A stretch of 52,559 nucleotides of DNA from a virus. Its lineage: Duplodnaviria > Caudoviricetes. The position numbers were made by a program, and so were the translations under genes. Within the stretch, counting starts at the first letter, position 1; every line of letters starts with the position of its first letter. The notes below the pieces were generated by a model. The model was given only the letters and a program-made list of their open reading frames with translations, was not told the origin of the DNA and ran no database searches. The DNA is taken from the IMG/VR virus record IMGVR_UViG_3300032516_000038, positions 1 through 52,559 of that record; one strand, 5' to 3'. Of the stretch, positions 46,046 to 52,559 are shown piece after piece.

Positions 46046-46716
46046 CTCACATTCTCCTGACCTAGCAAACCAATTCTCAGAGTGTGAAGGGCCTCTTTCA
46101 AGAGTCGAGATACATGACTTTGACTAATTCCTAGAGTTAAACCAACTTTTGTTTGATTCCCATCCTTAAGGTAGTATTCTTCAACAAGGTAACGTTCACG
46201 TTCAGGTAACTCCTCTATCAACGCCAACATCCTTTCTATGTCGAGCCCTGTATCAAAATCCACGGTGTAGGGTATTGTCTCTCCCAGTAACAGGGGACGG
46301 CGCCCGTTACTTCGTTGTTGATTGATAACAGGTTCATCTATGGAGAACCAAGACAGACTACCCGTGTGCTTTTCTAGACCAACATCGCGTATTACGTGGC
46401 CGAGATCATTATCCAGGACTATACCGTAGAAGGTGATAAACGCACTTTTACTGACATCATAATCCCTAACAGCATCCATAAAGGCTATACCTAATACACC
46501 CTCGGGATCATCGAAATGGTAAGACCTGCGTACTGGGTATGGAGCATTGTTTCTCCAGCTCCAGAATTTCCTATAGCTGAACTTCTTCATTCCCTCCCAC
46601 AACTTCACCAACGCTTCCTCTGAACCCCCCTGAGCCAGCACAGCTAACTCATTCATCCGCCTGGTGTTTGCTTCTCTCGTAGCTTTGTCCACTCGAACCT
46701 GCCTCCTCTTCCCCAC
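46042..46716 (-). CDS. RNA polymerase sigma-70-family factor (sporulation-sigma-like)
   Basis: Region 2 DAVRDYDVSKSAFITF; region 4 LPERER...QTKVGLTLGISQSHVSRL. Confidence 0.88.
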   Translation of the reverse strand: MGKRRQVRVDKATREANTRRMNELAVLAQGGSEEALVKLWEGMKKFSYRKFWSWRNNAPYPVRRSYHFDDPEGVLGIAFMDAVRDYDVSKSAFITFYGIVLDNDLGHVIRDVGLEKHTGSLSWFSIDEPVINQQRSNGRRPLLLGETIPYTVDFDTGLDIERMLALIEELPERERYLVEEYYLKDGNQTKVGLTLGISQSHVSRLLKEALHTLRIGLLGQENVS

Positions 46717-46745
46717 ATACTAGTCATTTCTTCCTTTCCATGTCA

Positions 46746-46810
46746 ATTTTACCATGCAAGAAACCATTTGTCAACCCCTTATTGACAACAGTTTCAACGT
46801 ATGGTAAAAT
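46746..46810. promoter_or_regulatory. Back-to-back divergent sigmaA promoters
   Basis: Minus: TTGACA(46774)-17-TAAAAT. Plus: TTGACA(46782)-17-TAAAAT. Both have a TG extension. Confidence 0.9.
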
Positions 46811-46837
46811 GATAGTAACACATACAAAATGTGATCT

Positions 46838-47077
46838 TTGAGAGGAGCACCGCCCCCTTTGTCTACAGCCGACTACACTTCAGAAGCCATCCTACAAGCG
46901 GTCAAGGAAACCACTAAATCTATCAATGAGATGATGAGTCTCTATGGTGTTAGTTACCATCAGGTACTCTATCAGATATATCGTAGTAGGATTAAGGCTG
47001 TCAAGGTAGGTCCTACCTGGCGTATCTTGCCTCCATTCCCTCTGACATGGAAGGATGTAACTAAGCTCGAGGCCTAA
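46838..47077 (+). CDS. Excisionase/MerR-like HTH DNA-binding protein
   Basis: SINEMMSLYGVSYHQVLYQI...IKAVKVGPTWRI (HTH_17-like). Confidence 0.75.
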   Translation: MRGAPPPLSTADYTSEAILQAVKETTKSINEMMSLYGVSYHQVLYQIYRSRIKAVKVGPTWRILPPFPLTWKDVTKLEA

Positions 47078-47081
47078 CCTG

Positions 47082-49022
47082 ATGACAACCCCTGACGGGA
47101 TTAACATCCTATTCAGAACGTGGGGTACTCAACGCGGTTGGGTTTCTGTGCCCGCCAAGCAGGGAAAGAAGTGGTTTGAAAAAATCTTTGAGTGGCCCAC
47201 AGGAAAAGAAGAACTCATAAAGTGGGTAGAAGAGTGCATAGCAGAGAAGAGGGATATCTATTGGTGTCCAACGCCTCTGACGGGACCCAAAAGAATAAAA
47301 GAAAACATCCCCATTGTGTCCGTTCTGTATGCGGACCTGGACCTGGCCCCTGTTTCGGGCATGCCTGTGAAGCCATCAGTTTTATGGCAGAGTTCCCCTG
47401 GGAGACATCAGTGCTTGTGGTATTTGAGGGAACCTACCAATTCTACAACCGCAGAAAAACTGAACAAGTCCTTGAGTTATGCAAGTCAAGCCGACAAAGG
47501 CGGATGGGATCTTACGCAAGTGCTGAGGATCCCTGGCACCACCAACTACAAATACGATCCACCAGCTCCGGGAAAGGTATCGTATGTCACATCGCGAACA
47601 TACACGAGAAAGCACCTCCGCACCTCTATGAGTGCTATGTCTGGGACGGATGCCCCAAACCTAAACTCGGCTACAACGACCGGTGGCGAGAGTGACGAAC
47701 TAGAAGTTAACTGGACTCTCACATGGCAGCAGGCCCTTGAACCATATATGGGGAAGCTGAAACGTAAAGCACTAGAATTACTACAGACACAGAACGTAGA
47801 GATAGGCGAGAGATCAGACAAGTTATGGGAGCTGGGTAGTCTCCTACTAGAAGCCGGAGTACCTCGTGAAGATGTCTGTGCTGCACTAGCAGATAGCCCG
47901 TGGAACAAATTCAAGGGCCGGAGAGATGAGCACCACAGGATAATAGCAGGCGTGTTAAAAGTACCCGAGCCTGTAACGATACAAATTAATAGAACTCTTG
48001 GGCGTTCATCTTGGGTAAGGTATGGCGAATTACTGGCTGACCCTGACCCGCAACCGGGATGGATGATTAGGGAAATCTGGCAAAGGAACTCACATGGTAT
48101 GTTAGCAGGGGAACCCAAGACCTACAAGTCAATGCTCTCCACAGAATTAGCTATCTCCGTAGCCGGTGGTGTGCCCTTCTTAGGGCAGTATAAAGTAGAC
48201 TCTACTGGCCCTGTCCTCGTGGTACAAGAAGAGAACGCACCATGGATTGTCCAAGACAGGCTCTTGAAAATATCAACAGCTAGAGGATTGAACGACCACG
48301 GATATTGGATGGACATTAAGGGGAGGATGCACCTTAAGCTACCAGCAGATCTACCTATCTTTTTCCTCAATAACCTCGGCTTTGACCTGACAAGCACAGA
48401 AGACCAGGACTTCCTAGAAAGTTCAGTAGCCGAGTTCAGGCCAAAGCTCATCATCCTCGACCCCCTCAACTGGATGCTCGGTGATAAAGACGACAACAAC
48501 GCCCGGGATCTACGACCCGTGCTTATGTGGCTTATGAAACTCAAGTTTCAATACGACACCAGCGTCCTAGTGATCCATCATTGGAACAAAGGCGGTAAGA
48601 GCGAACGAGGCGGGCAGCGTATGCTAGGCTCTGGTACTCTACATGCGTGGGTAGAGTCCGCTATGTATACTAAAGTAGTAGATGAGAGGGCCCATAAGAT
48701 TTCTGTGGAGCGTGAATTTAGAGCGTATCCCAAACGACCTGATCTCCAAATCCAATTCGAGATGGAAGATCCCGGTAATCTAGGCTATGAAGTATTCACA
48801 GAGGAGATGATGGCGAACCAGAATATGGAGGATATTGTAGAGATTGTCAAGAACTCAGGCGGTAAGACTGTAGACGAACTACTAGCCGAAACAGGAATGA
48901 GCAGGCAGTCTATGAGGACGAGATTGGATGAAGCTGTTAACAAGGGCCTCATAGGCAGAATAGGAGGAGGCAGGGGTAGGGGTAAGAAAGCTCTTTACAC
49001 TGGGATGGAGGAACCGAAATGA
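47082..49022 (+). CDS. Primase-helicase (RepB-like primase + AAA_25/RecA-like helicase + C-terminal wHTH)
   Basis: LYADLD, SSPGRHQCLW and VLRIPGTTNYK; AGEPKTYKS, LIILDP and VIHHWNK. Confidence 0.9.
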   Translation: MTTPDGINILFRTWGTQRGWVSVPAKQGKKWFEKIFEWPTGKEELIKWVEECIAEKRDIYWCPTPLTGPKRIKENIPIVSVLYADLDLAPVSGMPVKPSVLWQSSPGRHQCLWYLREPTNSTTAEKLNKSLSYASQADKGGWDLTQVLRIPGTTNYKYDPPAPGKVSYVTSRTYTRKHLRTSMSAMSGTDAPNLNSATTTGGESDELEVNWTLTWQQALEPYMGKLKRKALELLQTQNVEIGERSDKLWELGSLLLEAGVPREDVCAALADSPWNKFKGRRDEHHRIIAGVLKVPEPVTIQINRTLGRSSWVRYGELLADPDPQPGWMIREIWQRNSHGMLAGEPKTYKSMLSTELAISVAGGVPFLGQYKVDSTGPVLVVQEENAPWIVQDRLLKISTARGLNDHGYWMDIKGRMHLKLPADLPIFFLNNLGFDLTSTEDQDFLESSVAEFRPKLIILDPLNWMLGDKDDNNARDLRPVLMWLMKLKFQYDTSVLVIHHWNKGGKSERGGQRMLGSGTLHAWVESAMYTKVVDERAHKISVEREFRAYPKRPDLQIQFEMEDPGNLGYEVFTEEMMANQNMEDIVEIVKNSGGKTVDELLAETGMSRQSMRTRLDEAVNKGLIGRIGGGRGRGKKALYTGMEEPK

Positions 49023-49348
49023 AGATGGTAGCAACTATTCAGTTCTTGCTAGAAATTGAGGCTATCGAGCATGGCCGTGTGGGTGAACGACTTGCAGAAG
49101 AAGGATTGGCGAGACAACTTGACTGTGTTCTTGCAGATCTTCGTAATTTGTGGATGGTTAGAGAACCCAAGATACTCCGCTCGTATATCGTCACCTCAGA
49201 GGATGAAGATGCAGACAAGAAGCTGAAAGAAGAACTGGCCCAAGTACACCACGACATAGAAGTTCATGAGGAAGCTCTACGTATTCTCGTAAAGTATGGA
49301 TTTGGGTTTATCAATATGAACACCCCGCTGGGAGGGGAACCAAAATGA
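49019..49348 (+). CDS. Hypothetical protein
   Basis: ATGA coupling; GGAGG RBS. Confidence 0.65.
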   Translation: MKMVATIQFLLEIEAIEHGRVGERLAEEGLARQLDCVLADLRNLWMVREPKILRSYIVTSEDEDADKKLKEELAQVHHDIEVHEEALRILVKYGFGFINMNTPLGGEPK

Positions 49349-49500
49349 AGGAGGAAGATAACCTGAGAGTTCTACTCAAAGTTCCGGCATTGATTATTGA
49401 AGAAAAGCCGGTGTTTACAATAGAAGATAAAGCTGTCAAGCAGCTCGCTCAGATGTTGAGGACCTTGTTCAAGAAACTTAAGGAGGGGGAACCAAAGTGA
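49345..49500 (+). CDS. Small hypothetical protein (51 aa)
   Basis: Manual translation MKEEDNLRVLLKVPAL...FKKLKEGEPK; ATGA/GTGA coupling on both sides. Confidence 0.55.
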   Translation: MKEEDNLRVLLKVPALIIEEKPVFTIEDKAVKQLAQMLRTLFKKLKEGEPK

Positions 49501-50057
49501 ACGACAAAGGCCAGTTGTATTCTATCAAAGCCCGGCAGTTGAAGAGGTATGCACGAGAGAATATCCACAACACTGAACTGAGGGAATGGGCTATCGCCTC
49601 GATCGGTACCCTGCCGAGGGCCATCTTCGAACGAGATCTCAGTGAGGGCCCCCTACAGTACCAGAAAGCAGGGGGTTTAATCAACCACCTACTCGCCACA
49701 GGTAGTCTAGCGGCTACGTTCGCGGAATGTATCGCCCCCGAAGACAAGGTCCTAAGGGATCTCTGTCTAACCGCTGGCATAATGCATGACATATTCGTCT
49801 TCGGAACTAAAGGGACGAGCGAGGGACCTCAGGAGAACCACCCCTTGTATGTAGGACAGTATCTTGGCAAAGGTGAGGTCCCGGTCTACGTATCAGCAGT
49901 TCTCGGGATTGTGGCCGTACACGAGGGAGTAGACGGCCCTATCGAGACCAAGACGAGGAGTAGGACCATGGCGGGTATCATCGTCCATCTTGCGGATCGG
50001 GCCACCATGCGTCCTTGGATCGAGATAGATGTGCCGATGTTGAGAGGAGCAAAGTAA
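49497..50057 (+). CDS. HD-domain phosphohydrolase
   Basis: GGLINH...GIMHDI...VH...HLAD. Confidence 0.8.
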   Translation: MNDKGQLYSIKARQLKRYARENIHNTELREWAIASIGTLPRAIFERDLSEGPLQYQKAGGLINHLLATGSLAATFAECIAPEDKVLRDLCLTAGIMHDIFVFGTKGTSEGPQENHPLYVGQYLGKGEVPVYVSAVLGIVAVHEGVDGPIETKTRSRTMAGIIVHLADRATMRPWIEIDVPMLRGAK

Positions 50058-50236
50058 TGTTCCTTCTATTCTGGGGAATAGTTCTTCTGACATTCCTGGT
50101 AGCCCTTATGTGGTGGAAGGGTGGGCTCCATAGTAGTATCTGCAATACCTGTGCTTATCGGAAGAAGACCTGTCAACTCAAGTTCAAGGGCAAGGTAAAA
50201 GAGTGTCTATTCTATAAAGTGATGGAGATGAGGTAA
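50057..50236 (+). CDS. TM + Cys4 small protein, paralog 1
   Basis: Start revised to the ATG at 50057; TM helix then CNTC..C..C..Y. Confidence 0.65.
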   Translation: MFLLFWGIVLLTFLVALMWWKGGLHSSICNTCAYRKKTCQLKFKGKVKECLFYKVMEMR

Positions 50237-50421
50237 TGACACCCCTACTAAAGTGGTGCACAGCGGTACCCATAATAATCTTCATACTGTGGGTAATCAT
50301 ATGCACAGGCTGGAAGCTTTACAGTCTCTGTCACACATGCTACAGGCGTGGAGCCTGTAGGTTCCAGGTCAAAGGTAAGAGAGTACGGGACTGTAAATCT
50401 TACTGGGAGGGGTGGAGGTAA
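50236..50421 (+). CDS. TM + Cys4 small protein, paralog 2
   Basis: TM helix then CHTC..C..C..Y; TAATG coupling. Confidence 0.65.
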   Translation: MTPLLKWCTAVPIIIFILWVIICTGWKLYSLCHTCYRRGACRFQVKGKRVRDCKSYWEGWR

Positions 50422-50600
50422 TGACACCGCTCAGGATCAAAGCGTTAATCCTGACAATCATCGTTATATGTATCCTCATATACACTTACTGGGTGGATAA
50501 GGACCTCTGCCCTAAATGCGCTTACATCCACTGTCTCAGGAGAACGAGTGAGAGGAAGACCAAGTGCTCAGCCTACATCAACAACAGGGGGAAGAGATAA
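50421..50600 (+). CDS. TM + Cys4 small protein, paralog 3
   Basis: TM helix then CPKC..C..C..Y; TAATG coupling. Confidence 0.65.
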   Translation: MTPLRIKALILTIIVICILIYTYWVDKDLCPKCAYIHCLRRTSERKTKCSAYINNRGKR

Positions 50601-51079
50601 TGCCAACCCTTAGAGAGATACAAGAAGAACAGAAGCCCTGGACCCTGCACAATTTCCCCAACAGGAAAAGCCATACCCCTCTGCTCGGCGCTGTTGAGGA
50701 GCTTGGTGAGTTAGCGAGGGCCTATATCAAAGCAGAGACGGGCATCAGGGGTTCAGAGATCGAACACATGGCGAAGAAGAAAGACGCCATAGGTGATATA
50801 GTTCTCTTCTTGTCAGACTACTGCACAGCTGAGGGCTTTGATCTCCAGGAGTGTGTCGAAGAAACATGGGCTATAGTAAAGCAGCGTGACTGGAAAAAGT
50901 ATCCTCTCACAGGAAGACCAGGAAAGCTAAACCAGTTCATGTTTGACTATAATAGTGTCACCCCACTTGAGGAGTGGGCCCGTAAGCAAAGAGAGGAGAT
51001 GCTTAAAGTTGACGGACTGGGAGACGATAAGCCTGGACCCACAGGAGATCGAACTGAGGATCCCCTGGGAACTCCATGA
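50600..51079 (+). CDS. MazG-like nucleotide pyrophosphohydrolase
   Basis: EELGELA...DAIGDIV. Start revised to the ATG at 50600. Confidence 0.85.
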   Translation: MPTLREIQEEQKPWTLHNFPNRKSHTPLLGAVEELGELARAYIKAETGIRGSEIEHMAKKKDAIGDIVLFLSDYCTAEGFDLQECVEETWAIVKQRDWKKYPLTGRPGKLNQFMFDYNSVTPLEEWARKQREEMLKVDGLGDDKPGPTGDRTEDPLGTP

Positions 51080-51253
51080 AAGTAAGAAGTGGGTTGGATT
51101 TTACCCGGTACACGTGACAAGATTGATGGACGAATGTAAGTTTAGAGGAATACCGCGGGTTATCATTGATGAAGGAGGTCATAGGTTTTTATTTTTCAAG
51201 GGTTTTCGTTTAGGTATGGTGAATTATGAGGCCCTCTACACGAGGTCACCAGA

Positions 51254-51526
51254 ATGAAACTACACGTGATGGGAGCCCTGAAACTAAAGACTGAACCTGA
51301 AGCCTCGACAGTTCAAACCGACTGGGTTGTAGTCACAGAGAAGATGCTGGTAGAAGCCGATGAACCAGTCAGGAGATGGCCGAAATTCTGTGAGGGTCCA
51401 TCAGGTAAACATTATGTGTTTAAGTATACACCAATGTTTTGGTTAGGGCCAGAGTACGAGTTCGTTCACTATTCATACTACGAGGAGGTCCCTATCAATG
51501 CCGCGATGGGAACTGAGCCACAGTGA
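51254..51526 (+). CDS. Hypothetical protein
   Basis: GAGGT RBS; ATGA coupling. Confidence 0.55.
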   Translation: MKLHVMGALKLKTEPEASTVQTDWVVVTEKMLVEADEPVRRWPKFCEGPSGKHYVFKYTPMFWLGPEYEFVHYSYYEEVPINAAMGTEPQ

Positions 51527-51791
51527 AAAGAGTGCCCGAGTACTTGGTATACTACGTGAGAACCCAGGGATTACTATCGCAGAACTGGGAAATAAGTGTG
51601 GGTATGGGAAGCAGAGAATGCGGAATACAGTAATCTTACTTCTAGAGAGTGGGCTTATCCGGCGGGAAGAGGTATGGAAAATCCACGAGGAGGGTAGGGG
51701 GAGAGGAAGTCAGGGCCGTAATATCTATAAATACTATCTCGCTTCGATATGGGGTATGGGAGCCGTAGAGTCTCTTGCGAGTCCTGAGTAG
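51498..51791 (+). CDS. Winged-helix DNA-binding protein
   Basis: VLGILRENPGITIAELGNKCG...LLESGLIRR; GAGGAGG RBS. Confidence 0.75.
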   Translation: MPRWELSHSEKSARVLGILRENPGITIAELGNKCGYGKQRMRNTVILLLESGLIRREEVWKIHEEGRGRGSQGRNIYKYYLASIWGMGAVESLASPE

Positions 51792-51822
51792 GGAGTCGAG
51801 TAGGGTGATGAATAAGGAGATA

Positions 51823-52160
51823 AAAATGGTTATTGAGGGAGGGGCAGCTGGCAACGCAAAAAATAAAATGGTTACGTCTGTCTTCTAAGACGTAACCATT
51901 TTATTTTGTGGTGCCGAGCCGGGAGGTTATGGGATATAAATGGTTAGAAAATGGTTAAGTGAGGAGGAATGGCAAAATGACGAAACGTATACGGGGCAAG
52001 ACTGTGAGGACCTCTGATGAAAAAGAAAATGGTTACAAAATGGTTACTATTCGTACCCTTGGACAGGCAGGGATGCAAAAAAGTACCCGTGAGGACCCTA
52101 AAAAGATACCAAAATGGCATCAAAAAGATGGCAAACCTAAAATCGTTAAAAAAATGGTAG
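51823..52160. repeat. AAATGGTTA iteron-like repeats with a perfect 20-bp inverted repeat (candidate origin)
   Basis: Direct copies near 51824, 51866, 51938, 51949, 52027 and 52038; inverted arms 51860-51879 and 51888-51907. Confidence 0.7.
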
Positions 52161-52432
52161 CAGGGGGTGGGATCAAAGGGATGGTTGAAAACCCTATTAC
52201 CTCCTTTGATATGTCAAATATCATGCTAGAGGATGGTCCAAACAATCCTTATGGTGTGGACGAGGATATCTATGAGGTGTTTATGTCCGAGCAGAAGAGA
52301 GGCAGTCATAAAGGTAGTTCAAAGAAAGGAAAGGGAGCTCGGCGTAAGAAGGGCACCAAGCTCCCTGTGGAACCATGGTCGGGGTATTAGTTCTTCGTCT
52401 CTACGACGAGTATAGCTGGGTTGAGTACAGCA

Positions 52433-52559
52433 CCAGGTTTCTCGTTGGCCTTTACACCCTCATCCTGAAGTTGAGTGTCTAGGTTATGCCAGATCCGAAG
52501 TGCCTCTCCATGGCCCCAGAACCTAGACAGGGCCTTTACAGCACACCCATGCATGAAGC
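52433..52559. repeat. 127-bp terminal overlap, copy 2
   Basis: Identical to 1-127. Confidence 0.95.

Noticed and set aside
46838-47077. Excisionase implying a temperate lifestyle
   Set aside because: No integrase, recombinase, repressor cassette or partition genes were recognised anywhere in the complete genome.
51959-52390. 143-aa plus-strand ORF
   Set aside because: The sequence is dominated by AAATGGTTA DNA repeats (KMV recurrences) and has no recognisable domain. It is left uncalled, although a GAGGAGG before an out-of-frame ATG means a short peptide cannot be excluded.
52433-52559. Biological direct terminal repeat
   Set aside because: It is exactly 127 bp and falls mid-gene, which is typical of assembler k-mer overlap.

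Overview
This window is an apparently complete, circularly assembled ~52.4 kb tailed dsDNA phage genome. Bases 1-127 repeat at 52433-52559, and an ORF reads through the junction. Strong AGGAGG ribosome-binding sites, near-consensus sigmaA promoters, a sporulation-like sigma factor and an Amidase_3 endolysin point to a Bacillota-type host. No integrase is visible. The layout is: minus-strand early hypothetical genes (1-8547); plus-strand packaging, head, podovirus-like tail/ejection and lysis genes (9127-29303); a minus-strand replication and nucleotide module (29360-46716) with SSB, Sak4-like ATPase, PD-(D/E)XK nuclease, UDG-PolA fusion, dCMP deaminase, two thymidylate-synthase-fold genes, dCTPase/dUTPase-like enzyme, dNMP kinase, SNF2 helicase and sigma factor; and plus-strand primase-helicase, HD and MazG genes plus an iteron-like region (46838-52220). 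Four things stand out. (1) A probable cytosine-replacement pathway built on a tandem pair of TS-fold proteins that both carry the dCMP-type Asp. (2) A 1.2 kb two-gene block lacking GATC and poor in 6-bp palindromes, which abuts a GATC-dense non-coding repeat array and recalls a staged-injection leader. (3) An intergenic three-way-junction RNA displaying an anti-Shine-Dalgarno loop. (4) An ART-like insert in the large ejection protein. All functional calls come from motif recognition by eye, counts are manual, and no database search was run.
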